DNA of 64,000 nucleotides, from the NCBI GenBank assembly GCA_014800735.1, contig JAAVFP010000051.1, positions 10,004 through 74,003 on the forward strand. Reading direction: 5' to 3'. The translations under genes were made by a program, and so were the position numbers. Below the pieces are notes generated by a model. That model was not told the origin of the DNA and did not search any database. It saw only the letters and a list, made by a program, of their open reading frames with translations. This document shows, piece after piece, positions 45,513-54,459 of this stretch. Source of the DNA: Bacteroidales bacterium. GTDB lineage: Bacteria; Bacteroidota; Bacteroidia; Bacteroidales; Muribaculaceae. Position 1 is the stretch's first letter. Every line of letters starts with the position of its first letter.

Positions 45513-46684
45513 TGCTTCAGGTCGTAGAAATGTTTAGGCCGCGCGGGCAGTCCGGCGGCAAATTCCAGCACGGCATCGGCCATCAGCCGCAGGGTGTCGG
45601 GCTTGTAATAAGGGTTTTCAACGCCGTTGAAATCCGAGGCGAGGGCCGCCGCGAGAGCCTCGGTAATCTGAGGCGTCCGCACTCCGCAGTGAATCACCGA
45701 GGGGGCGGCCAGGCGCCCACGCTGGCGGATGCCGACATCCACAGTGGGGATGCCGTAGGACGGAACCTCAACAATGCCGCTCGACGAATTTCCCACCACC
45801 AGAGCGGCATGGCGCAGCAGCGAGTGGTAGCGACGCATGCCCAGCGAGGGCACGGCGCGCACGCGGTCGGGGTGGGCGGCGGCATACTCCTCTATGAGCC
45901 TGATTATGGAAGCACCACCGGCGTCGTTGTTCGGATAGGTTATCACGCATTTCAGCTCAGGGAAAGCATCGAGCGCCGCAAGGAGCTGGCGCGTGGCCTC
46001 GGCCGGGGTGAGTTCGGTTTCGTTGGTTGCGGGATGATAGGTGACTATGGCCACCCGTTCGCCCTCGATTTTGAAATTGAGGAAAGCTTCAAGATCCGCC
46101 ACCGGCAGCGGGGTGATGTTGAGCGCGTTCCATACTCCTATCGCGCCAGTGTTCACCACCCTGTCCGGTTCCTCGCCCATCTGAATCACACGGCGGCGAT
46201 AGGGTTCGGTGGCCGTGAGGTGGAGCGTGGCAAGTTTGGTGATGGCGTGGCGGAAGGAGTCGTCGTTGGCACCTTCGGAAATCTCACCGCCGGCAATGTG
46301 CACTATCGGCACGTGCATCACGGCAGCTGCCGAGGCCACCGCCAGCATTTCGTAGCGGTCGCCGAGCACAATCAGCACATCCGGGCGCAAGCGCTCCAGG
46401 GCGTCGGCCATTCCGGCCATGCAGCATGCCATTGCTCGCACACGCGATGCCTCGGTGTCGCCCTCGGCTTCCATCGGCACCCTGGCGGCAACCTCGAATC
46501 CGGCCTCCGTAATCTCGTCAACGGTCATGCCGAACTGCGGCATCAGGTGCATGTTGGTAGCCACAATCAGCAGCTCCACACCGGTGGTAGAGCGCAGGCA
46601 CCGGGCCAGCGGCTCAAGCAGCCCCCAGTCGGCGCGCGTGCTCGTGGCAACACATATCCTCAGTTTATCATTATTTTCTTTCAC
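45509..46684 (-). CDS. neuC: Hydrolysing NDP-GlcNAc 2-epimerase, NeuC/LegG-like; start uncertain (GTG 46684 proposed)
   Basis: TRADWGLL, LGDRYEM, HIAGGE, RHAITK, GNSSSGIVE, RQRGR. Confidence 0.85.
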   Translation of the reverse strand: MKENNDKLRICVATSTRADWGLLEPLARCLRSTTGVELLIVATNMHLMPQFGMTVDEITEAGFEVAARVPMEAEGDTEASRVRAMACCMAGMADALERLRPDVLIVLGDRYEMLAVASAAAVMHVPIVHIAGGEISEGANDDSFRHAITKLATLHLTATEPYRRRVIQMGEEPDRVVNTGAIGVWNALNITPLPVADLEAFLNFKIEGERVAIVTYHPATNETELTPAEATRQLLAALDAFPELKCVITYPNNDAGGASIIRLIEEYAAAHPDRVRAVPSLGMRRYHSLLRHAALVVGNSSSGIVEVPSYGIPTVDVGIRQRGRLAAPSVIHCGVRTPQITEALAAALASDFNGVENPYYKPDTLRLMADAVLEFAAGLPARPKHFYDLKQ

Positions 46685-46718
46685 AACCCACAAAGATATA
46701 AAACAATAATCATTAACG

Positions 46719-46761
46719 CAAAAAAATCAGCCGTCGGCCCGCTTTTTGGGCCGACGGCTGA
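46719..46761 (-). terminator. Terminator of the DJ-1 gene
   Basis: tcagccgtcggccc / gggccgacggctga with an A-run on the left (U-run on the - strand). Confidence 0.75.
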
Positions 46762-46783
46762 AGGGTGGAAAACTCTTTAACTA

Positions 46784-47356
46784 TCAGAAATAGTACTCCA
46801 TTTTGCCGGGATAAAGGAGCATACCGGCGCCCACTTCCTGGGCCACGCTTTCGCCAAGCGAAGCGGCCACTATGGCCAGGGCGAAGGGCAGGGCTGAGCT
46901 CGGGCCATTGGCGGTGATGATGCGCTCGGTCACCTCCACGCGCACATCGGTCTTTTCGGCACCACCGGCCGCAAGCGCTTCCTCAAATCCGGGATAGCAC
47001 GTAGCCTTAAGCCCATCGAGCAAGCCAAGCGGAGCAAGCACCACGGCGGGTGCGGCGCAGATGGCTGCGATTTTACCTTCGTGGGCTTTAAGCAGTTCAC
47101 AGAGGGGTTCGAAAGCGGCCAGGTTGCTGGCACCGGGCATACCACCGGGGGCAATCAGCCACTCAGCACCTGCAAAATCGGCCTCGGCAAAGGTCATGTC
47201 GCTCGTCACCACGATGCCGTGAGCACCGGCCACTTCGCGCTTATCGGTTATCGATACAGTCTTGATGTCCATTCCGGCGCGGCGAAGTACGTCCACAGTT
47301 GCCAGAGCTTCAATTTCTTCAAATCCTTCGGCAAGGAATAAAAATGAACGGTTCAT
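46784..47356 (-). CDS. DJ-1/PfpI (YajL/ThiJ) family protein
   Basis: GFEEIEA, PGGMPG, AAICAAP, ATCYPGFE. Confidence 0.92.
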   Translation of the reverse strand: MNRSFLFLAEGFEEIEALATVDVLRRAGMDIKTVSITDKREVAGAHGIVVTSDMTFAEADFAGAEWLIAPGGMPGASNLAAFEPLCELLKAHEGKIAAICAAPAVVLAPLGLLDGLKATCYPGFEEALAAGGAEKTDVRVEVTERIITANGPSSALPFALAIVAASLGESVAQEVGAGMLLYPGKMEYYF

Positions 47357-47461
47357 ATTTCAGTATTTTAGGGTGTTTACAGTATTCAACATTGAGCTTT
47401 AGGGCTATGTTCTGCCGCTCTCGGCATTTTTTCGTATTTTTGTGGAATTGATTACAGAGAT

Positions 47462-48469
47462 ATGAAAATTTCCACCATAAAGTGCAGTTTTATAAAACTG
47501 CTGCTAATTTCGGCATTATTTTTGAATTTCGCAAGCTGCAAGCCATCTTTTCGCACTAACGACGGCAGCACCTGGGGAACGAACTATCATATAGTGTATG
47601 CCGCTGACCGCGACCTCCACGATTCCGTCGTGGCCGTGATGCGCAGTGTGGACATGGCCCTGTCCAAATTCAACCCTCAGTCCGAGATATCGCGCATCAA
47701 CGCCGGCCTCACCGACACCGTGGGGCCGATGATTGCGGATGTTTTTGAGGTGTCGGTACGTGTTGCCGAGTTGTCAGGCGGCGTCTACGATCCCACCGTC
47801 GGTCCCGTGTGCGAACTCTGGGGGTTCGGTCGTGCCGAGTTCTCCGACGTGCCGTCGGGCTCCGCCATCGCAGCGGCTCTGGCAACCGTCGGAATCGCGG
47901 ATTGCGCCATCGCTGATAATCGCCTGATTAAAAAGGCTCCCGGCACGGAATTCGACTTTTCGTCCGTGGCCAAAGGCTACGGCATTGACTGCATTGCAGC
48001 CATGCTGAGCCGAAACGGTGTGGAGGATTACATGGTGGAAATTGGCGGCGAAATTTCAGCCCGAGGCCTCAGTCCCAAGGGGCGTCCTTGGCGCATACAG
48101 ATTGATGCCCCCGAAGCCCCCGCTACTCCCGCTGAACTCCACTCGCGCCTCACCGTGCTCGAACTCGGACCCGAACCCGTGGCCGTAGCCACCTCGGGCA
48201 ACTACCGCAATATGCGTAGCGCTGCCTCCGGCGCAACCTTCGGTCATACCATATCGCCCGTCACGGGCCGACCGGCCACCTCCGAAATCCTCTCGGCCAC
48301 GGTCATAGCCTCCGACTGCGCCCTGGCCGACGCCCTGGCAACAGCCTGCATGGCATTGCCCACCGCCGCCGATGCCCTTGCACTGGCCGACCGCGCAGGA
48401 GTGGAAGTTCTCCTTGTCACCGCCGCCCCGGACAGCACCTTCAAACTCCACAGCAACCGCACCCGATGA
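47462..48469 (+). CDS. apbE: FAD:protein FMN transferase lipoprotein
   Basis: Lipobox FASC; YDPTVGP, AKGYGID, EIGGE, ATSGNY, ADALATA. Confidence 0.92.
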   Translation: MKISTIKCSFIKLLLISALFLNFASCKPSFRTNDGSTWGTNYHIVYAADRDLHDSVVAVMRSVDMALSKFNPQSEISRINAGLTDTVGPMIADVFEVSVRVAELSGGVYDPTVGPVCELWGFGRAEFSDVPSGSAIAAALATVGIADCAIADNRLIKKAPGTEFDFSSVAKGYGIDCIAAMLSRNGVEDYMVEIGGEISARGLSPKGRPWRIQIDAPEAPATPAELHSRLTVLELGPEPVAVATSGNYRNMRSAASGATFGHTISPVTGRPATSEILSATVIASDCALADALATACMALPTAADALALADRAGVEVLLVTAAPDSTFKLHSNRTR

Positions 48470-48966
48470 CCGTACGCGAATTTGAATCAGAATTCCGCCG
48501 CCTCTACGTGCCGCTCGGCATGTACGCTCTACGTCTGCTTGGCGATGTTGATACTGCCGAGGACATGGTGCAGGACTCTTTCATGAAAGTGTGGCAAAGT
48601 GTGGAGCGCGGTGAGCGGATAGAGGCCTTTTCGGCCTTCATGTACCGCACGGTGCGCAATACCTGCCTGTCGTATTTGCGCACGCGCCAGGAAATGCTCG
48701 GCGATGAGTTTATCCCCGAGGTTACCGATGAAGACATAGACACCTCCATACGTGATGCAAGGATTTGGGAAGCCATCGATGCACTGCCCGACCGTTGCCG
48801 CGAAGTATTCCTGATGAGTAAACGCGACGGCCTCTCCCAGGAAGAAATCGCGGAAGAACTCGGCATATCCGTAAAAACCGTTAAGAACCAAATGACCAAG
48901 GCCTTCGCCAAGCTCCGCGAAGTCCTCACCGGCCACCATAAGCCCTTCTTCCTGCCTTTCTTGTAG
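48466..48966 (+). CDS. ECF RNA polymerase sigma factor
   Basis: AEDMVQDSF, LPDRCREVF, EIAEELGISVKTVKNQ. Confidence 0.93.
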   Translation: MTVREFESEFRRLYVPLGMYALRLLGDVDTAEDMVQDSFMKVWQSVERGERIEAFSAFMYRTVRNTCLSYLRTRQEMLGDEFIPEVTDEDIDTSIRDARIWEAIDALPDRCREVFLMSKRDGLSQEEIAEELGISVKTVKNQMTKAFAKLREVLTGHHKPFFLPFL

Positions 48967-49016
48967 CTAAGAACTACACCACCCCAAACAAAAATCAAAA
49001 AAAATGCCATTGTGCA

Positions 49017-49044
49017 TAGGACTTTTTGAGTTAAGGCGCGTCAT
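49017..49044 (+). promoter_or_regulatory. Putative ECF-sigma promoter (GGACT ... CGTC)
   Basis: taggactttttgagttaaggcgcgtcat lies directly downstream of the sigma gene and upstream of the operon. Confidence 0.4.
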
Positions 49045-49073
49045 AAGAGTGTAACTCATTTATAAGAATCCTT

Positions 49074-49658
49074 ATGAAACGAACTTTTCTCATTCTCTTA
49101 TCCATCTTATCACTCACCTTCTCGGCTCAAGGCCGCCAGCCTCACCAAGGCTACCGCGGCTTCCTGGAGTGGAGTAACAACATGCACTCGGAAACTTTCG
49201 GTTATCTGGGGAATCACGGTAACATCTACCTCTATCGGGAGAATTGCTTTTTCACAGGTGTGAGCACCACGCATGGCTACCAGATTAATCCATATTTTTT
49301 TATTGGCGGTGGTCTTGATCTGGAATATTGCCATAAATCCGAACACTGGTTGGCAGCCTTATACCTGAACAGCCGCTACGACATGCATTTAGGCAATTTC
49401 ACACCCTATGCCGACGTGCGCCTGGGTGCGAGCCTGACCGAAGGAGCAGGTGTGTATTTCTCGCCTACAATTGGCTACCGCTTCAACTGGGGCCGAAAAG
49501 TGGGCCTAAATCTCGGAGTTGGCCTGACATTGGCCGGTTACAAAACCGAACATTTCGAGGGTACAGGCACTGATGAGGGTGGCTATCAGATTCAATACAC
49601 CGGCACAAAGAACCATGTGCGAGCCAATTTTTCATTCCGGGCTGGCATAGATTTTTAA
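49074..49658 (+). CDS. Small outer-membrane beta-barrel protein
   Basis: Signal peptide; THGYQINPYFFIGGG; ends RAGIDF. Confidence 0.75.
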   Translation: MKRTFLILLSILSLTFSAQGRQPHQGYRGFLEWSNNMHSETFGYLGNHGNIYLYRENCFFTGVSTTHGYQINPYFFIGGGLDLEYCHKSEHWLAALYLNSRYDMHLGNFTPYADVRLGASLTEGAGVYFSPTIGYRFNWGRKVGLNLGVGLTLAGYKTEHFEGTGTDEGGYQIQYTGTKNHVRANFSFRAGIDF

Positions 49659-49662
49659 GCAC

Positions 49663-50106
49663 ATGGAGAATAAGAACATCAACTTCGTAGCTCGGTACTA
49701 CCGCCGCGGCAGCTTTTCAGTGAACTCGGCCTGGCACAGTCTTGGCATTGCCCGCACATCGTGGTGGTGGCGCTACCGTGCGGTGGCAGCTGCAACCGGA
49801 TTGGTAATCCTGTCGGCCACGGCAGCCGTATTATACAAGAACTACAACTACGAAACGAAACCTCAACCCGTAGCGCCCGAAATAGTCCTCAATACTATGG
49901 CCGAAGTCAAGATTATTGACTTCGAGAAAACACCTCTGCCACTGGTGGTTGAGCAAATAGAAACCGTCTATTCCGTGAGGGTGGACGGACTGCCGGAGAA
50001 TGCCGACGCCTACGTTCTCTCCCTGCACTACGAAGGCACACCCGCCGAGCTAATCGACATCATCAATGGTATTTTAGGCACCAAACTCACCGTACGCGAG
50101 AAATGA
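49663..50106 (+). CDS. Short FecR-like anti-sigma (cytoplasmic N-terminus, TM, FecR C-terminal-like domain)
   Basis: AW..L..WWRYRAVAAA TM; FEKTPLPLVVEQIETVY typical of the FecR C-terminus; context. Confidence 0.6.
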   Translation: MENKNINFVARYYRRGSFSVNSAWHSLGIARTSWWWRYRAVAAATGLVILSATAAVLYKNYNYETKPQPVAPEIVLNTMAEVKIIDFEKTPLPLVVEQIETVYSVRVDGLPENADAYVLSLHYEGTPAELIDIINGILGTKLTVREK

Positions 50107-52493
50107 GAGTCATAGTATCACTCATCCTCATGTTGTGCATGGCGGTCGGGGCCGGAGCACAGACTGTCACAATTAAGGTTCAGGACAGCCCGGCGCCCGA
50201 AGTTTTACGATGCATCGTAGAACAGACAGGAAGTAATTTCATCTACTCATCGGAGGTGCTCGAAGGCATGCGTGTGACAGTCAATACCACTGATGCGCCT
50301 CTAAAGCAGGTGCTCCGGCAGATGTTCAAAGGCACAGGAGTGACTTTTAAAATTAGAGGAAACAATATCATCCTGACACGAAGGAGTGTGCGTAAAAGCA
50401 CCCCGATACGCCCGGTTGCTGCACACTTTCATGCCGACACCACCAACATGTTGCCGGAAGTTGTGGTGACTTCCCGTCTCGGACTTCCACAACTTGAGTC
50501 AGCAGAAATAGGTGCGCTCAAAATTACAGCCGACCATGTGGTGAACACTCCCGTGCTTCTTGGTGAAAGCGATGTGATAAAGGCCCTGCAGATGGAGCCC
50601 GGAGTAAGCAGCGGTGCCGAGGGAATGGCCGGAATGCACGTGCACGGCGGAAACGCCGATGAGAACATGTTCATGCTCGATAACATCCCCCTCTATCATG
50701 TGAATCACCTTGGTGGTCTTTTCTCGGCATTCAATGTCGACGCCCTCAGCTATGTGGACTTTTTCAAATCATCCGCCCCGGCGAAATACGACGGCCGCCT
50801 GTCCTCTTTTCTCGATGCCCGCACCAAGGACGGCCCAACGGACCGCTTCCACAGTTCGTTCCGTCTGGGCCTTACTTCGGGCGCTCTTAGCATCGGGGGC
50901 CCTGTTGGTGACCGGACAACCTATGCCCTTGCCATCCGCCGTTCGTGGCTCGAGGTTCTGACGGTGCCCTTTGTAGCAGTGGCCAATTCGGCTTCGCACG
51001 ACGAAAAAACCACATTTGGCTACGCTTTCACCGACTTAAATGGTAAAATATCACACCGCTTCACCGAAAGGACCAATGGCTTTGTGAGCGTGTACTTTGG
51101 CAACGACAATCTCCGTTCTGGTTCGGCCGATAAGGACAAATCCCTCACCGGCACTTACGAAAACGACCAGGCACGCCTCAACTGGGGCAATCTGCTTGTT
51201 CGGGCCGGTGTGAATCACCGGTTCAGGCCCACGCTCACCGCCGAGTTCGCGGTTGCCTACACACGCTTCTTCTCGAGTATGAAGCACGACTATCTGGCAA
51301 GAACTACCACCTCAGCCGCAACCTACGAGTCGCACGCCACCACCGACACCCGCAACACCGTGGGCGACTGGATTGCACGCGCTGATTTCGACTGGAGTCC
51401 GGACGGAAGCAACCGGGTGCGCTTCGGAGCCAGCGCCACTCTTCACTCATTCCTGCCGGCCCGAACATCGCGACACTACACTACCGAGACGTCTATAATC
51501 CTCACACGTGATTCAACACGTAGATATGCCGCAAGCGAGTTCAACATTTATATCGAAGACGAATGGCGCATCGGCACCCGCCTCCGCATCAACGCCGGTT
51601 TCCACGGTTCTCTTTTCACCATCGGCGGCAACACGCACGCCGGGTTCGGGCCGCGCTTTTCATCCAACTACCGTCTTCATCCTCAATGGGCATTGAAAGC
51701 AGCCTACACCCGTACCACTCAATATGTGCACCAGCTGTGCGAAACGTACCTATCGCTCCCAACTGACCAATGGGTGCCAATCACCGGAAAGTTCAAGCCT
51801 CAGACGGCCGACATGGTATCGGTGGCAGCATGTTGGCATAGCCCCGACGGTGTTTACTCTGCATCCGTCGAACCCTACTTCAAATCCATGCATAATCTGG
51901 TCGACTACCGCGATGAATACTATCTGCGCTCTCCGCTCGAAAGCTGGAATGCACGCCTGTGCAGCGGCAGCGGTACAGCCAAAGGCATCGACTTCAAGAT
52001 TGAGAGGACAAGCGGAAAACTAACCGGACAAGTGGCCTACTCGCTTGCATGGACCAATCGCAAGTTCGCCGAAAAGAACGGTGGCCGACCATTCCCGGCT
52101 CGCTTTGACCATCGCCATACCATCAATATATTGCTCAACTGGAAACTGAGCGAGAATGTACAGATAAACGCCGCCTGGACTGGCCATTCAGGTAACCGTT
52201 TCACGCTGCTGACTCAGGTGTGGGACACGCCCACCTTCGGCGTAGTTTTTGCCGAGGATTCGCCCCTGAAGGCAACTATAAACAACTACAGGCTGCCCTT
52301 CTATCATCGCCTTGACCTTGGCTGCACGGTGAATAACCGCCACGGATTCTGGACATTCAGCCTCTACAATGCCTACTGCCACCTCAACACCGTTGCTATC
52401 CGCCGGGCCTACGATTACGCAGGTCGTCCAGTGTTCCAAAAAGTACGTCTGCTCCCTATAATACCTTCATTTTCCTACACATGGCAATTCTAA
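50103..52493 (+). CDS. TonB-dependent receptor with N-terminal STN signalling domain
   Basis: STN-like N-terminus; LPEVVVT TonB box, LGESDVIKALQMEPGV, GGNADEN plug, YGRLSS-like motif; ends YTWQF. Confidence 0.9.
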   Translation: MRVIVSLILMLCMAVGAGAQTVTIKVQDSPAPEVLRCIVEQTGSNFIYSSEVLEGMRVTVNTTDAPLKQVLRQMFKGTGVTFKIRGNNIILTRRSVRKSTPIRPVAAHFHADTTNMLPEVVVTSRLGLPQLESAEIGALKITADHVVNTPVLLGESDVIKALQMEPGVSSGAEGMAGMHVHGGNADENMFMLDNIPLYHVNHLGGLFSAFNVDALSYVDFFKSSAPAKYDGRLSSFLDARTKDGPTDRFHSSFRLGLTSGALSIGGPVGDRTTYALAIRRSWLEVLTVPFVAVANSASHDEKTTFGYAFTDLNGKISHRFTERTNGFVSVYFGNDNLRSGSADKDKSLTGTYENDQARLNWGNLLVRAGVNHRFRPTLTAEFAVAYTRFFSSMKHDYLARTTTSAATYESHATTDTRNTVGDWIARADFDWSPDGSNRVRFGASATLHSFLPARTSRHYTTETSIILTRDSTRRYAASEFNIYIEDEWRIGTRLRINAGFHGSLFTIGGNTHAGFGPRFSSNYRLHPQWALKAAYTRTTQYVHQLCETYLSLPTDQWVPITGKFKPQTADMVSVAACWHSPDGVYSASVEPYFKSMHNLVDYRDEYYLRSPLESWNARLCSGSGTAKGIDFKIERTSGKLTGQVAYSLAWTNRKFAEKNGGRPFPARFDHRHTINILLNWKLSENVQINAAWTGHSGNRFTLLTQVWDTPTFGVVFAEDSPLKATINNYRLPFYHRLDLGCTVNNRHGFWTFSLYNAYCHLNTVAIRRAYDYAGRPVFQKVRLLPIIPSFSYTWQF

Positions 52494-53524
52494 GAATTAT
52501 TTCAGCAATACTGATGGCCGCCGCTCTGACGGGCTGCTACCAGGAGTTTAATCCTACCACCGACATCAAACCTGTGCTTTGCATCAACTCGCTGGTAACC
52601 GCAGGACAACCTGTGAAGGTGGAAGTGACTCACACTTGGGTTTACAACGACGCACCCGCCAAGAATAATCATAGTGTGGACGATGCCGAAGTGGCCGTTT
52701 ATGCCAATGGTGTGCTACAAGCGGAAGACTATGTTGCAGCCGAGGGCGATGAAATCCGGATCCTTGCAAGCAGCGCCAGCTACGGCAAGGCCGAAGCTAC
52801 CGTGATTGTTCCACATGCCATACCATTCGCCATGGCCGAAATCACTCCTACGGTGAATTATTTGCACAAGAGTGATTCCACCGACAATTACTTCAGCATA
52901 TACATAAGCTTCGACCTCAATATGGCCCTGAAGATATCCGATCGCCCCACAACCGACGATTATTTCAGAATTCGCTATTACTCCTACATAAGTTTGCCCG
53001 ATAGCGACGAAATTATGACAGACCCGGACAACCCTGATGATTATGAATTCTATTGGACCGAATACAACGATGGCATTGAGGACTACGAGGCCGAGCCGAT
53101 TTTCCGCGAGCATGTCGGGGTTTTCGAAACAGTTATGGGCAACGACTCGGGCGATAATATGTTTTTTTCGGACCGCCAGTTCGCCGGGAAGGACTACACG
53201 GTTACCCTCCGCTTCACCGATTGCTCATACTACGTGCGGTGGCCTAAGGATGCTATGGAGCACTCCGAATTCCGCGATGTGCTATTCGACTGTGGATTAA
53301 CGATTAATCTCGCCACTATGTCGCGTAGCTACTACGATGAACTCATCTATGCTGAGGCTGTGGACTACGGTGTGATAGGCGACCTGGGAAATCTCGGGTT
53401 CGCCGAGCCGGTGTGGGGATACAGCAATGTGTCCACCGGCGCCGGTGTGGTGGCAGCCTGTTCCTACGCCACATATACCGTCAATCTTCGAGATTTCCTT
53501 GAGCAGGCGTTCAACAAACAGTAG
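52481..53524 (+). CDS. DUF4249-like lipoprotein
   Basis: Lipobox LTGC; LCINSLV, FSDRQFAGK, EPVWGYSNVSTGAGVV; follows the TBDR. Confidence 0.75.
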   Translation: MAILRIISAILMAAALTGCYQEFNPTTDIKPVLCINSLVTAGQPVKVEVTHTWVYNDAPAKNNHSVDDAEVAVYANGVLQAEDYVAAEGDEIRILASSASYGKAEATVIVPHAIPFAMAEITPTVNYLHKSDSTDNYFSIYISFDLNMALKISDRPTTDDYFRIRYYSYISLPDSDEIMTDPDNPDDYEFYWTEYNDGIEDYEAEPIFREHVGVFETVMGNDSGDNMFFSDRQFAGKDYTVTLRFTDCSYYVRWPKDAMEHSEFRDVLFDCGLTINLATMSRSYYDELIYAEAVDYGVIGDLGNLGFAEPVWGYSNVSTGAGVVAACSYATYTVNLRDFLEQAFNKQ

Positions 53525-53528
53525 GGGC

Positions 53529-53594
53529 AAAAAAAATCGGCTGTCTCACGACACCCGACAATCTAAACCTTAATCTAATACCATGAAAAAACAC
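53529..53594 (-). ncRNA. Candidate paralogous sRNA, copy 2
   Basis: 19-nt core identical to copy 1; tcgggtgtc-GTGA-gacagccga plus U8 terminator; imperfect -7 element AGATTTTG at 53599-53606. Confidence 0.6.
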
Positions 53595-53736
53595 AGTGCA
53601 AAATCTGTTATTTTTGTGCATTAAACACAGCAGAGTGCCCGATAGTTCAGCAGTTAAGGGTTAATTAACATAAATTAACCTACAAATTGCCAATTTATCA
53701 TTAATTTTACGCTCCGAAAAAGATCATCACACTATT

Positions 53737-54459
53737 ATGAGAACTAAGATTTTAGTCATCGACGACGAGGAAGCACTCTGCGAAATCCTCAAATACAATC
53801 TTGAGAAAGAAGGCTATGAGGTGGACTGCGCATATAGTGCCGAAGAAGCTCTTGATCTGGATAACCTGGAGGACTATTCGCTGTTCATGGTGGACATCAT
53901 GATGGATAAACTCTCAGGATTCGATTTTGCAAAACGCATCCGCAATATCACAGCCCTCGAAACAAAACCGATTCTTTTCTGCTCCGCCCTCTCCGATGAG
54001 GACCACGTGGTGAAAGGCCTCAACATCGGTGCCGACGACTATGTGACCAAGCCTTTCGTTATAGGCGAAGTCCTGGCCCGCGTGCGTGCCATCCTGCGCC
54101 GCAGCAATGCGTTGGCTAAAAAATCGGCCGAGGACATTATCGAACAGCAGCGCGACTACGAGTCCGACGTTGTGTTCCGCGGCCTGCGCATCGACCGCAA
54201 CAACAAGGAAGTCTATATCGACAACGAACCCGTCACACTCACCCGCACCGAGTACGACGTGCTCCTTTTCTTCCTGACCCACCGCAACCGCATCTACTCG
54301 CGCGAGGAAATAATAAAGAACGTATGGGGCGACGCCGTGGTTGTCACCGGCCGCACCATCGACACCAACATCACACGCCTGCGTCGCAAGCTCGGCAGTT
54401 ACGACCAGTACATAGTAACACGTCCCGGCTTCGGATATGGATTTAAGGAGAAAGATTAA
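53737..54459 (+). CDS. OmpR/PhoB-family response regulator
   Basis: LVIDDEE, DIMM, GADDYVTKPF, RTIDTNITRLRRKL, GFGY. Confidence 0.95.
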   Translation: MRTKILVIDDEEALCEILKYNLEKEGYEVDCAYSAEEALDLDNLEDYSLFMVDIMMDKLSGFDFAKRIRNITALETKPILFCSALSDEDHVVKGLNIGADDYVTKPFVIGEVLARVRAILRRSNALAKKSAEDIIEQQRDYESDVVFRGLRIDRNNKEVYIDNEPVTLTRTEYDVLLFFLTHRNRIYSREEIIKNVWGDAVVVTGRTIDTNITRLRRKLGSYDQYIVTRPGFGYGFKEKD

